Source of the DNA: a virus
DNA: 64,000 bases
Reading direction: 5' to 3' (one strand)
IMG/VR virus record: IMGVR_UViG_3300032285_001177
Part shown: positions 1-9,588 of the stretch, piece by piece
Numbering within the stretch: the first letter of the stretch is position 1
Layout of the letters: the number at the start of each line of letters is the position of its first letter
Position numbers and translations under genes: made by a program
Notes under the pieces: model-generated
What the model was told of the DNA's origin: nothing
Databases searched by the model: none
Seen by the model: only the letters and a program-made list of their open reading frames with translations

Positions 1-1689
1 GTTGGTCTTTTCAAAGCGGATGTTATTCTTAAACTTATCAAGAAGCACGTCGCCTTTATGGGATATAACGAACACATTGGTGTTTTCGCCCAACGTATCC
101 ATTACGGATAGGAAGTAATCAGTACCAGCCACATCAAGACTAGAGTCGAAGATCTCGTCTAGTAATAACAAGTTGGTGTTCACTGAGTTCTTCATCTTAG
201 CGATCTGACGCCAAGTGAATAGGATTGCCAAGTCGATACGCATCTTCTCACCTTCTGAGAACGAAGCATACGTGAACTCATCTCTGAACCTAGATTTGAT
301 AGACTCATTGAACGATTCATCAAGCTCGAACTTAACGAAGAAGTCCATTGCGGATAGATACATGTTGATTAGCTTGTTCATTGCTGGTAGGTATTCGCGG
401 ATGATCGTGGTCTTGATACCAGTATCCTTAAGCAATACGCCTGCGATCTCTTGTAGTTGTTTCTCTTTAACCAATTCCATCTTTACTTCATTCTTTGCTA
501 ACGCATCATTAGCTAGCAACTTGATCTTATCTTTCTCTGCATCGATGTCACCTTGTACAGATAACTCGTTGATCTCTTTCTCAAGTTGTTGGTTTGCTTT
601 GATAAGCATGTTCATAGCATTGATCTCTGTAGAGATAGAGATGTTCTTATCTTGGATTTGGTTTAAGATATCTTGTTTCTGCTGCAGATCTGCACTCAAC
701 TTAGTATAAGCAGAGTTAAGTGTATCCATGTTATCAGTAATTTGTTTCTTATTACTTGATATCTTTTGAATGATCTTATCTTTATGGTCGTGTTGGATGC
801 CTTGCTCACATGATGGACACGTCTCGTTACTTGTAAAGAACTCGATATGCTCATCAACTTGTGTAAGCTTTTGTGATAGCTTATTCATGTTTGACTTACA
901 CATTTCAATATTCTTATCTACTTCGGCTTTCTCATGTAGTTGTGTATTGAGTGCCTCTACATCTTTGTTAAGTAGATCCACAAGCTGCGTCTTATCGTTT
1001 ATCTCAATGATGTTAGCATCGATCTTATCTCGTAACACCTTAACGTTTTGATCTTTAGAGTTTTGTAATGAATCGATTAAACTCTTTTGAGCTTTAGCTT
1101 GTTCAGTGATGATACGGATCTCAGTCTCTATAGCTGATAGACCTTCTTTATTCTCAGCGATCTTCTCTTTGAGGATCGTATTCATAGTGGAGAATACCTT
1201 GATGTCAAGGATATCTTCGATGACTTCACGGCGTTGCCACACGGGTAACTGCATGAACGGTACAAAGGAAGCAGATCCTAATATCACTACCTGGGTGAAG
1301 GTTTTATAATTAAGTTTTAGGATCTGCTGTTCGAGGACTTTTTGATAATCTTTTACGGCTGCATCTTGATTGATGATGGTTCCGTTCTGATATATCTCAA
1401 AGATATTAGGTTTGACACCACGCACGACTCTATACTCTGTAGGACCAATAGCAAACTCTATCTCAACGACACAGTTCTTTTGGTTAATAGAGTTGACGAG
1501 TTGGTTCTTGTTGATGTCTCGAAATGGTTTATTGAACAGAGAGAAGGTAAGTGCATCAAGGATAGTGGACTTACCTTCTCCGTTCTTCCCAACTATTAAG
1601 GTTGTTGGGTGACCGTTGAGCTCTACTTTATTTGGAACATTGCCAGTTGATAGAAAGTTTTTCCAACTGACAGACTTAAATATAATCAA
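1..1689 (-). CDS. gp46: Recombination endonuclease ATPase subunit (T4 gp46 / SbcC-Rad50-like), 3' end just outside the window
   Basis: Not in the ORF track because it runs off the edge. Hand translation from TTG at 1689 gives MIIFKSVSWKNFLSTGN, then Walker A GKNGEGKST, a CPSC hook, signature FSEGEK, Walker B LLLDE and NVFVISH. The start overlaps the gp47 stop (TTGA). Confidence 0.95.
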   Translation of the reverse strand, partial: MIIFKSVSWKNFLSTGNVPNKVELNGHPTTLIVGKNGEGKSTILDALTFSLFNKPFRDINKNQLVNSINQKNCVVEIEFAIGPTEYRVVRGVKPNIFEIYQNGTIINQDAAVKDYQKVLEQQILKLNYKTFTQVVILGSASFVPFMQLPVWQRREVIEDILDIKVFSTMNTILKEKIAENKEGLSAIETEIRIITEQAKAQKSLIDSLQNSKDQNVKVLRDKIDANIIEINDKTQLVDLLNKDVEALNTQLHEKAEVDKNIEMCKSNMNKLSQKLTQVDEHIEFFTSNETCPSCEQGIQHDHKDKIIQKISSNKKQITDNMDTLNSAYTKLSADLQQKQDILNQIQDKNISISTEINAMNMLIKANQQLEKEINELSVQGDIDAEKDKIKLLANDALAKNEVKMELVKEKQLQEIAGVLLKDTGIKTTIIREYLPAMNKLINMYLSAMDFFVKFELDESFNESIKSRFRDEFTYASFSEGEKMRIDLAILFTWRQIAKMKNSVNTNLLLLDEIFDSSLDVAGTDYFLSVMDTLGENTNVFVISHKGDVLLDKFKNNIRFEKTN

Positions 1690-2741
1690 ACAACCTCCTG
1701 GTTTATTGCTTCAAGATATAACCCTTTTACAAAGGTTTTAATAGATTCTTTATCTCCTTCCGTTTGGACGGAATCAATATAATTACCAAGAATACTAAGA
1801 GTATCCTCGAGATTAATTTCAGCATCGATGGTCCCTTCATTGAACTCCGAGAGGTCTTCGATAATTTTAACTTCATATGGTTCTTGTTCGTACATCAAGT
1901 TAACGAAGCGATCAAACTTATATAAGTCTGTCTTGTTTACTACAACTAACTTGACGTATTTGTCCTTTATTGTTATTGTATTTGGATCTAATGGTTCTTG
2001 ATCTTTGTCATTGTAAAGTATTTTCTCATGTATTGTAAATGGATTCTGAATGAATTGTAAAGATCTTGATTCAGTATCAAATATAGAAAATCCTTTTGGA
2101 TCATCTGCATCTTGCCATGTCATCTCATACGGTGTGCCCACATACTCAATGTTTTCAGCCTTAGAACGTGTATGATAATGACCTGACCATACACGTTCAT
2201 ACTTTGCAAACATATCATGTGATAGGCCTTCTTCAGAATGCATACCGCGATACATCGGGAATCCAGCAATCTCAAAGTGGCCAGCACAGATATCAGACTT
2301 ACTATTATCTATGAAGTCGAATACTTCTTTCTCATTCTCTTTACAGATCCATGGAATAAGATCAAATGTAGTACCATCAATATCTATTGTACTGGGTTTG
2401 TCAATTAAAGTAAAATTATATTCACCTAAGATAGAACCTGTTGAGGATACCGCAAGCGATTCTTTCCAAAAGATATCGTGGTTACCTAATAAGGTATAGA
2501 ACTTGATTGGTCTTTTCTTTAGTTCATCAAAGAAGTACTTCTTACATTCAACTAGTGTGTTGAAGTTGATAAACTTGCGACGATCAAATAGGTCGCCAAG
2601 TTGGATGAGATGTTCGATCTTATGTTCATCAAGGTATGGGAAGAATACTTCATCATAGAACTTCTTCATGTATGCATGGAACTTTAACGAGTCTCCACGT
2701 GCACCAAAATGGGTATCACCTAATATTGCTATCTTAGTCAT
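1686..2741 (-). CDS. gp47: Recombination endonuclease nuclease subunit (T4 gp47 / SbcD-Mre11-like)
   Basis: Metallophosphoesterase motifs GDTHFG, LGDLFD, LGNHD, SGHYH; adjacent to gp46. Confidence 0.95.
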   Translation of the reverse strand: MTKIAILGDTHFGARGDSLKFHAYMKKFYDEVFFPYLDEHKIEHLIQLGDLFDRRKFINFNTLVECKKYFFDELKKRPIKFYTLLGNHDIFWKESLAVSSTGSILGEYNFTLIDKPSTIDIDGTTFDLIPWICKENEKEVFDFIDNSKSDICAGHFEIAGFPMYRGMHSEEGLSHDMFAKYERVWSGHYHTRSKAENIEYVGTPYEMTWQDADDPKGFSIFDTESRSLQFIQNPFTIHEKILYNDKDQEPLDPNTITIKDKYVKLVVVNKTDLYKFDRFVNLMYEQEPYEVKIIEDLSEFNEGTIDAEINLEDTLSILGNYIDSVQTEGDKESIKTFVKGLYLEAINQEVV

Positions 2742-3300
2742 CTAGTTCACTCTCAATAAATGTATCAAGGGTTATAGTTTCTTTTGCTACTTTCTTTTTC
2801 TTCTTATTCTTCATGCGTTCTTCAAATCCATCATCAAACGTACCGTGTTGCTGCATGAACCCGATGTAGGAGTTTTCAAAGTCCTCATCATGATCTGATC
2901 CTTGTGTTGAGAAGGATTCTACTGTTACATCACGTATTAGTTTACCGCGAATGTATGATTGTTTCTTTTCTTTTTCTATGCGGCGAAGGAATGCATAGTA
3001 GATGATCTGTGTAAAGTACGCGAATGGGTTGGATGATTTTTCTGGATCGAAGTTATCAAAGTACATGATACAGTTCTCGATGCCGTCGAGGATCATGTCG
3101 TCTTTATAGCTATAGTTAATAAAATTAGGCCTATTAGCCAACTTTGTAGCTATTTTAAGTATGCATTCACCAAGATAATTTGATAGCTGAGGTTTTGGAT
3201 CACCACATGCTTCGGCTTCTGCGCATTGCTTTTTATACTTTTTAACTGCGTCTAAGAAGTCTGGATTGTTGACATAATGTCGTTTAATCTTTTCGGTCAT
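2734..3300 (-). CDS. gp55: Late transcription sigma factor (T4 gp55)
   Basis: HYVNN, RPNFINYSY, MILDGIENC, NPFAYFTQIIYYAFLRRI motifs; canonical position upstream of gp47. Confidence 0.96.
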   Translation of the reverse strand: MTEKIKRHYVNNPDFLDAVKKYKKQCAEAEACGDPKPQLSNYLGECILKIATKLANRPNFINYSYKDDMILDGIENCIMYFDNFDPEKSSNPFAYFTQIIYYAFLRRIEKEKKQSYIRGKLIRDVTVESFSTQGSDHDEDFENSYIGFMQQHGTFDDGFEERMKNKKKKKVAKETITLDTFIESELDD

Positions 3301-3327
3301 TCAATTCACCTTTATTAATATAAAATC

Positions 3328-3356
3328 ATTATACATCAAGATGGGTATAATGTACA
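3328..3356 (-). promoter_or_regulatory. Sigma70-type (early/middle) promoter for gp55-47-46
   Basis: Minus strand TGTACA-N17-TATAAT in the intergenic region upstream of gp55. Confidence 0.75.
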
Positions 3357-3380
3357 ATTAATATCTACTCATAAAATAAT

Positions 3381-3409
3381 TTTACTTTAATTGTACATTG
3401 TAGTATTAT
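3381..3409 (+). promoter_or_regulatory. Putative divergent sigma70-type promoter pointing antisense into the uvsW operon
   Basis: Plus strand TTTACT-N17-TATTAT with the same TAC(A/T)TTA extension as the three minus-strand promoters. Confidence 0.4.
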
Positions 3410-3433
3410 GACTGTATGGGGTCTTTCATGTGG

Positions 3434-3871
3434 TTAGTGTAATGTCTTATTACCATCGATGTTAATTGGTGGTAAATCTTCTAAATCTTCTCTTAACTTA
3501 TCTCTAAACATCCTTTGTAGTTTATCAGTTAGATCTTGTAGTTCGTTCGGGTCATAGGGAATAGGGGTTTGGGTATTTTGGCCAACAAAGTCATCTATAG
3601 CACGGTTATACTCTTCTTCATACCGAGCATCTAAGTCCTTCATGAATATGACTTGGTTCTTTTGAAATGCATACTCATCATCTGCTGAGAAGTAAGTATA
3701 CGGTTGGAGGGTTATTGACTCTGCCATCTGACCATTTGGTCCACGGATTGGGAACCGTTTAACAGTCATAGGAAATAATACTGAGATTTGATAATCGTCT
3801 TCGCCGATAAGATGAGCTACTATCTCTTCAGCGCTAATTAACTTAAACACTACGTATCTGTCGGTGTGCAT
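3434..3871 (-). CDS. Conserved hypothetical protein downstream of uvsW (possible Sm-like fold)
   Basis: VFKLISAEEIVA N-terminus typical of small T4-like proteins at this locus; coupled to uvsW by TAATG overlap. Confidence 0.7.
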   Translation of the reverse strand: MHTDRYVVFKLISAEEIVAHLIGEDDYQISVLFPMTVKRFPIRGPNGQMAESITLQPYTYFSADDEYAFQKNQVIFMKDLDARYEEEYNRAIDDFVGQNTQTPIPYDPNELQDLTDKLQRMFRDKLREDLEDLPPINIDGNKTLH

Positions 3872-5364
3872 TATAGGTTTACCTCATGGACTTTATAGTC
3901 AAACTTTTCTTCTGAGTATATCTTAACGCGTTCAACAAAGTGGTTCAATGTATGGTTCTTTCTCGATTTGTGTTGAATATCATCTGCGATATCGAATAGT
4001 TTTAGATGAGTCTTACCATCTTTTAATCTTAAACCACGACCAATGGATTGGAGGTTACGGATCTTAGACTTAGTAGGAGAGGCAAATATAATATTCTCTA
4101 TGCTAGGTATATTTATACCCGTTGAAAACGTAGCATAGGAAGCAACGATGATCGTGTTATCACCCTTCTCGGTATTCTTACGGATATCCTCACGGTCTAA
4201 TGTCTCTACCCCACCATGCACGATGTATACGTTCTTATCTGGCGCCTTAGCTTTGATCGCCTCATATAATGGTATGCCGTGTTTTTCCACGAACTGAAAT
4301 AGCACGAGAGTATTACCTTTACAGTTTAAAGCAAGATTACGTATGAATTTATTCCGCGCGTCGTTGGCTATGAGGAACTGCATCTCATCTTGGTAAGTAT
4401 GTTCCTTACAAGCTTTACGAACCTCATCTTGATACTTAAGCAGTATACAGTTGATATCGATCTTAACGACCTTACCATCATCCATAAGTTCTTTTGTAGT
4501 GGTAACCCTATGGACTGGACCAAATAGCCCTTCTAATGTTAACTGATTGATCTTCTTATTATCAATCGTACCTGTGGTACCTATACGATACTTAACATGC
4601 TGCATGCGTTCCATGATAGTAATTAACGATGTAGCTTTAAATTGGTGTGCTTCGTCTCCAACTATGACATCAAAGTTTGCAAACCATTGTTTAGGTTGAG
4701 TATAGATTGATTGCCATGTGGTGATGAGTACGTTCTTAGTGAAGTCTCTTGTAAAGCCTGAATATAGTTTCTGACAGTTCTCTTTGACTGGCCATTGATT
4801 ATGCGAGGAGTAGTCTTCGAAGTCTGAGTACATCTGTTCGACTAATGACGTAGTAGGTACAACGATGATTGTCTTACGGTCCTCTTCAAGATGCCATCTC
4901 ATTAGACAGTAGATCATGAAAGATTTACCTGATGCGGTAGGTGATAGTAATACGGTACGATTAAGGTTTAATGCAGTCTGTACTGCCGCGATCTGATAAT
5001 CACGAGCTTCGATTGGCTGACCACGACCATACAGATCGAGATCATATATGAACTTAGTAACTTGGTCTGTTGAGTAGTTATGGAGATCTAAAGGTTTTGG
5101 ATAATCATCGGTAGGATTGAACGTTAGTTCATAGTTATTGCGTTGAGCAAACTCTAAGACATACTGATATAGACCAGCGTATAATGTCTTCTTGATTAAT
5201 GAATACAGGCGAACCTTACCATCCCACAGTCTAGCTTTAAACTTAGGAGTAAACCTTGCACCTGGAACTTCATATGTAAAGAAGTTCTCAAGTTCTTGTT
5301 CACATCCTGCATCTCCATAAACACGGATGTTTACTTCATTAATTTTTTCAATAGTTAATTTCAT
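3871..5364 (-). CDS. uvsW: SF2 DNA helicase UvsW
   Basis: SPTASGKS, DEAH, TTGT, QSIGRGLR motifs. Start reassigned to ATG 5364 (MKLTIEK), which overlaps the uvsY stop (TAATG). Confidence 0.95.
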   Translation of the reverse strand: MKLTIEKINEVNIRVYGDAGCEQELENFFTYEVPGARFTPKFKARLWDGKVRLYSLIKKTLYAGLYQYVLEFAQRNNYELTFNPTDDYPKPLDLHNYSTDQVTKFIYDLDLYGRGQPIEARDYQIAAVQTALNLNRTVLLSPTASGKSFMIYCLMRWHLEEDRKTIIVVPTTSLVEQMYSDFEDYSSHNQWPVKENCQKLYSGFTRDFTKNVLITTWQSIYTQPKQWFANFDVIVGDEAHQFKATSLITIMERMQHVKYRIGTTGTIDNKKINQLTLEGLFGPVHRVTTTKELMDDGKVVKIDINCILLKYQDEVRKACKEHTYQDEMQFLIANDARNKFIRNLALNCKGNTLVLFQFVEKHGIPLYEAIKAKAPDKNVYIVHGGVETLDREDIRKNTEKGDNTIIVASYATFSTGINIPSIENIIFASPTKSKIRNLQSIGRGLRLKDGKTHLKLFDIADDIQHKSRKNHTLNHFVERVKIYSEEKFDYKVHEVNL

Positions 5365-5801
5365 TACATTCCTGCTAGGAATTTTTTCCATTCAATACCA
5401 TTCTTAAGTTGCCAATCTCTTGCTTTGATTTGCCCTAAGATACCCTCGAGTAAGTAACCCATAGTTTCTAAGTATTCTACACGAGTATTTAGATCGATCA
5501 AGTCTTTATCACCTTGAAGGAACTCGTCCATCTCGTTCTTAAGTGGTTTGATTAGTTGATATGGCTGCCATCCAAGATCTGCAAGTTCTTCTCTTGATAG
5601 CTCGCCTCTATAGTACCTAAACTTTTGTTTGCGTAATAGGTTATAGTCTGCTCGATATTTGGTTAGCTTCATCTTAACGCCAACCATAAGCTTGATATAC
5701 TTTGCATGGACCTTGGCAGTTTCAGTCGATGCTTCACCCAAATGGTTATCATCGATAATACTGTCTTGCTCCCACATTGTTTGGATCTCTTCGATATTCA
5801 T
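5364..5801 (-). CDS. uvsY: Recombination mediator UvsY
   Basis: DS.IDD..L, HAKY, YYRG, RDWQLKNGIEWKKFLAG motifs; upstream of uvsW. Confidence 0.93.
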   Translation of the reverse strand: MNIEEIQTMWEQDSIIDDNHLGEASTETAKVHAKYIKLMVGVKMKLTKYRADYNLLRKQKFRYYRGELSREELADLGWQPYQLIKPLKNEMDEFLQGDKDLIDLNTRVEYLETMGYLLEGILGQIKARDWQLKNGIEWKKFLAGM

Positions 5802-5827
5802 AATAAACTCACACCATTTAAAATTAC

Positions 5828-5856
5828 ATTATAACACAATAACTAATTAAAGTACA
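5828..5856 (-). promoter_or_regulatory. Sigma70-type (early/middle) promoter for uvsY-uvsW
   Basis: Minus strand TGTACT-N17-TATAAT between gp3 and uvsY. Confidence 0.75.
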
Positions 5857-5860
5857 TAGC

Positions 5861-6421
5861 CTATCCAATAGTATAGTATGTATAGCCAAATGATGCCGTT
5901 CCCGTCAGGTATTGGACGTCGTCTACATTGGATTGGAACTCTATTGTACCTAATGAGATAGGATGGATATCCACAAAAGATATAGTTTTCACAGGCATAT
6001 TATTACTTCCTAATATGACCAATGATCCATCAGAATAGTTGCCTTGTAATGTACCGAATGCTGGGATAGCTGGCGTTGTAGTGGATGTAGTACTATTTGC
6101 TGCCGTTGTAACCAAGTTTTGGTATTGTAAGTAGTTTTGCGGGAATCCTAAACCAGCTAACCAATTCCATAATGCGATATAGTTCTTCATATCTTCGTCT
6201 ATGATGAAGTTAACTGTAAGATCTGCAAAGTTGAGCAGTTCGCCTGGCACTTTATTGACTGAGAATGGTGTACCAACGTTAACGTTCTCGAGACTCATCG
6301 ACGGTAATGTTACAGTCTGACAGAAGAACGAGATCTCAGGCAATTTAGTAATAGCCAACCTAAACCCGGTGGGGGATAGCGGGTTAATGTTATTTGGCAT
6401 AGGGCAGTTTGGATTAGCCAT
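5861..6421 (-). CDS. gp3: Tail completion / tail tube terminator (T4 gp3)
   Basis: NPLSPTGF, FFCQTVTLP, FIIDEDMKNY..WNWL..LGFP motifs; position between gp23 and uvsY. Confidence 0.9.
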   Translation of the reverse strand: MANPNCPMPNNINPLSPTGFRLAITKLPEISFFCQTVTLPSMSLENVNVGTPFSVNKVPGELLNFADLTVNFIIDEDMKNYIALWNWLAGLGFPQNYLQYQNLVTTAANSTTSTTTPAIPAFGTLQGNYSDGSLVILGSNNMPVKTISFVDIHPISLGTIEFQSNVDDVQYLTGTASFGYTYYTIG

Positions 6422-6444
6422 AGTAATTCCTTAATGTTATATAC

Positions 6445-6452
6445 TATTTATA
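6445..6452 (-). promoter_or_regulatory. T4 late promoter (gp55-dependent) for gp3
   Basis: Exact TATAAATA on the minus strand, just downstream of the gp23 terminator. Confidence 0.85.
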
Positions 6453-6455
6453 TGT

Positions 6456-6485
6456 AAAAAAAAGGGACTCTTGCGAGCCCCTTTT
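6456..6485 (-). terminator. Rho-independent terminator after gp23
   Basis: Minus strand GGGGCTC-GCAA-GAGTCCC hairpin followed by a run of 8 T. Confidence 0.9.
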
Positions 6486-6515
6486 AGTTTTAATGTAGTT
6501 CCCTTACGGGTATTA

Positions 6516-7844
6516 TTACATTAAGTTAGTTACTGCCACTTTTCTGTAGTAGTAGTTTTTGTTAGCTGTGATAACAGTTTGATCTGTAGTACCGTCATCT
6601 AAGTTAACAAATGGGTTAGCTACGATACCATAACGTGTCTTGAAGCCAATTTTTGGTTGGAAAGTGTTAGGATCAACAGCTCTAACCAATTGGAGAGGAA
6701 CGTATGGGCAGTAGAATAAACCAGCATCAAATGCTGATGTACCTTTGTAACCAACTACGAAGAATTGTGAACCATTTGCAGATGGGTTGTTACCGCCTGA
6801 ATATGGATCGATATACACTTTATATTTGCCGTTTAATACACCAGCGAATGTTGTTGAAGCTTCGTCAACGTTCAATGATGTGTTAAGAGCTGGAGCGTAA
6901 TCTAATACACCTGCCATAGCCAATGCTGATGCAGTGTCTGATGAACAGATGATGAAATTACCACGACCACGACGTGTTTGTTGAGCAATCGCATTAGCTT
7001 CACGTTCGATTTGGAACAATAAGCCTTTGAATTTTTCAACAGACCAACGACCGTTAGAGTCAACGTCTAAGTCGAATGTACCAGCAGTAGCTGTACCGTA
7101 TTGAGCACCAACTTTAGCACCGTAGTAAACAGTTCTGATAACTTCACGGTTAATTTCAGCAAGAATTTCTGTAGAAAGAATATTGCTTAATTCACCTTCA
7201 GCATCTAAACCATGAACTGATTTCAAGTCTTGTGCTAATTCAATTGAGTACTCAGCTTTAAGAGCACGTGTTTTAGCAGTTACGCTAGTTTTTTCAATTG
7301 AGAAAGCCATTGAATGGAAGTCAGCAGGTGTTGAACCTAATTGTTCAGCAGTAGCTGTTGTCATACCAGTACCAGTGTTAGAAGCTGTATCGCTGAATGG
7401 GTTACCACCAGCATTTTGTGAAGCACCAGTTGCACCAGCGAAGAATGAATCTGCTTCGTTGAATAATGCTTCTGTACCACCTTGTGTTGTGTAACGTGAT
7501 TTCATCGCGAAGATCAAACCAGTTGGTTGTGTCATTGGTTGAACGCCAGCGATATCGTAAGCGATCATTTGTGGCATAGCACGACGTACTAAAGCGATAA
7601 GTACTGGGTCGAAACCAGATACTGTACCAGTAGAAGCACCAGAACCACCTAAAGCAATACCACTACCACCAGAGTTAGCTGGAGCAGCTTCGAAAAGTGC
7701 TTCAGCACCTTTTTGCATTTCGCGTTCTTGATTTTCTAAAAGAATCGCAGTAACTTCCTTACGGTAGTTATCTTTGATTGCTGGGAGAGAAGCGTGTTCT
7801 AGAATCGGCTCCCATTTTTTTACTAAGTCTTGACGGATTGTCAT
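6516..7844 (-). CDS. gp23: Major capsid protein (T4 gp23)
   Basis: KKWEPIL, AILLENQE, GVQPMTQPTGLIFAM, RALKAEYSIELAQDLK, AGLFYCPYVPL, FQPKIGFKTRYG. Start reassigned to ATG 7844 with AAGGA SD. Confidence 0.98.
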   Translation of the reverse strand: MTIRQDLVKKWEPILEHASLPAIKDNYRKEVTAILLENQEREMQKGAEALFEAAPANSGGSGIALGGSGASTGTVSGFDPVLIALVRRAMPQMIAYDIAGVQPMTQPTGLIFAMKSRYTTQGGTEALFNEADSFFAGATGASQNAGGNPFSDTASNTGTGMTTATAEQLGSTPADFHSMAFSIEKTSVTAKTRALKAEYSIELAQDLKSVHGLDAEGELSNILSTEILAEINREVIRTVYYGAKVGAQYGTATAGTFDLDVDSNGRWSVEKFKGLLFQIEREANAIAQQTRRGRGNFIICSSDTASALAMAGVLDYAPALNTSLNVDEASTTFAGVLNGKYKVYIDPYSGGNNPSANGSQFFVVGYKGTSAFDAGLFYCPYVPLQLVRAVDPNTFQPKIGFKTRYGIVANPFVNLDDGTTDQTVITANKNYYYRKVAVTNLM

Positions 7845-7854
7845 TTTATTTTCC

Positions 7855-8904
7855 TTATTTAATGTTATTATTGAGTACTGACATATATCTCTTGATTGAA
7901 GGATCAACAGCTTTTTCTTCTGTTAGATTTTCAACTGGAGTATCTGTTACTACAGACTCAACTAATGTTGATGCCTTGTTTGTGAAATAATTTTCACGAA
8001 TTGTCTGAACTTTCTTTTCAAATGATTCAACAGAATCAAAAGATAATTCTTCAGCTAAGCCAAGGAACTTCTCTTTATCAGTTTCTGTTAGACCATCTAA
8101 AGCGTCAGCAACGATTTCATTGCGTGCTGATTCGTTTAAAGCTTGTGTAAGCTCAACGTTAGCTGCAACTTGTTCGTCTAATTTTGCTTGTAATTCAGCG
8201 ATTGCTTCTTCTTGAGCACCTAACACATCAAATTTTTCCTCAGGAATATCGATGTAATGCTCTTCGAATAGGCCTTTTAGACCTGAAACAAAGCCTTCAA
8301 GAATTTCAGACTTCATACCACTTTCAAGGGCGATTTCATTTTGTTTAAACCACTGCTCAACTATATAGTTGAGGTATCCATCAACTTTTTCAACAAGACC
8401 CTCTTGATTCTTTGCTGCTTCCTCTTGGAGGCGAGCTTCGAATTCTTCTTCAATAGTAGTCACGGCTTCGTTAATACGAGTCATAACTGCTGCTTCGAAG
8501 ATTGTAGATGCTTTGTCTTTGAATTCTTCAGTGAGTTCTTCACCGTTGAATAATGCATCCATATCTTCTTTGAAATTAACTGCTGCACCCGCAGCCGTAG
8601 CTGGGATTACATTTGTAGCACTGCGAATAACTGCTTGGTCGCCAGCCTCAGCCTTAGCTGTAACAACGTTAGGTTTCTTAGAAGCAACTTCTGCTTCTTT
8701 TTCGTCTTCTGCATTGTTTTTATGGTTAGCTTCGTTAGGTGTTTCGCCACCGTTTGGTACTGAGTTTGTAGCTGTACGAATAACTGCTTGGTCACCTGCT
8801 GCAGCATTCTTTGTTACTACATTCTCTTCAACAATTTCTTCAGCTTGATCGTCAGCTGATCTTGATTCAGCTAAGATCTGAGCGATTTTTTGTTCGATTG
8901 ACAT
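7855..8904 (-). CDS. gp22: Prohead core scaffold protein (T4 gp22)
   Basis: LTEEFKDKASTIFEAAV, KVDGYLNYIVEQW, LFEEHYIDIPEEK; acidic, coiled-coil; between gp21 and gp23. Confidence 0.93.
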   Translation of the reverse strand: MSIEQKIAQILAESRSADDQAEEIVEENVVTKNAAAGDQAVIRTATNSVPNGGETPNEANHKNNAEDEKEAEVASKKPNVVTAKAEAGDQAVIRSATNVIPATAAGAAVNFKEDMDALFNGEELTEEFKDKASTIFEAAVMTRINEAVTTIEEEFEARLQEEAAKNQEGLVEKVDGYLNYIVEQWFKQNEIALESGMKSEILEGFVSGLKGLFEEHYIDIPEEKFDVLGAQEEAIAELQAKLDEQVAANVELTQALNESARNEIVADALDGLTETDKEKFLGLAEELSFDSVESFEKKVQTIRENYFTNKASTLVESVVTDTPVENLTEEKAVDPSIKRYMSVLNNNIK

Positions 8905-8927
8905 ACTAATCTCCTATATCTTTCTAT

Positions 8928-8935
8928 TATTTATA
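8928..8935 (-). promoter_or_regulatory. T4 late promoter for gp22-gp23
   Basis: Exact intergenic TATAAATA upstream of the AGGAG SD of gp22. Confidence 0.88.
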
Positions 8936-8936
8936 G

Positions 8937-9587
8937 TTATTTGATTTTCGCGAGGAAGTTCATGAATACTTTTAACTTCGCTTCTTCTAAATTTTTACGT
9001 GATGCAGAACGGATAATCCCTTGTGCTTCTCGTAAGTCTTTCTCCACAAATTTTCCATCGACCATAACCCACTCTTTAGACTCCATCACACCCTCAACGA
9101 AAGCATTGGGAGCGGAAGGGTCAGCTACGATGTCTGCAGCTGTCGCTAAAGTGAAATCTTTTCCAACATAAGATACGTCACCTTTACGATCTAGTGAACC
9201 CATACCTCTAGAACTAACACCAAGTGTAGCTCCTTCATCGATTAGGGATTTCACAATCTTACCATATGGAGTGTCCATGATCTTAGCTTTACCAATGAAG
9301 TTATCACCTTCACGGCGTAGACTCTTGATCATATGAGATACTCTGTCAAGGTTGATCGTTGGTGAATCAGGATGACCTAACTCGCCAAAGGCACGACTCT
9401 TGTTTACATACTCATCGTTATATCGTTTTACCTCATTATCAAGTATCTCTACTGGATAGATGCGGCCGTTACGATTCTTTAAGTTCGATTGAAGGAATAC
9501 GCCTTCAATGAAGTATTCTTTACCTTTACCTAGTTTCTCTTCGACAACTAGTTTAACTTCTTCGGTGTGTTCTTTAATTAGTTTCAT
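8937..9587 (-). CDS. gp21: Prohead protease (T4 gp21)
   Basis: NRNGRIYP, GELGHP, LGVSSRGMGS, DIVADPSAPNAFV. Start reassigned to ATG 9587 (MKLIKE). Confidence 0.96.
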   Translation of the reverse strand: MKLIKEHTEEVKLVVEEKLGKGKEYFIEGVFLQSNLKNRNGRIYPVEILDNEVKRYNDEYVNKSRAFGELGHPDSPTINLDRVSHMIKSLRREGDNFIGKAKIMDTPYGKIVKSLIDEGATLGVSSRGMGSLDRKGDVSYVGKDFTLATAADIVADPSAPNAFVEGVMESKEWVMVDGKFVEKDLREAQGIIRSASRKNLEEAKLKVFMNFLAKIK

Positions 9588-9588
9588 G

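Noticed and set aside
215-1612. Plus-strand ORFs at the window start
   Set aside because: Shadows of gp46, which occupies the minus strand and was missed by the ORF track because it is truncated.
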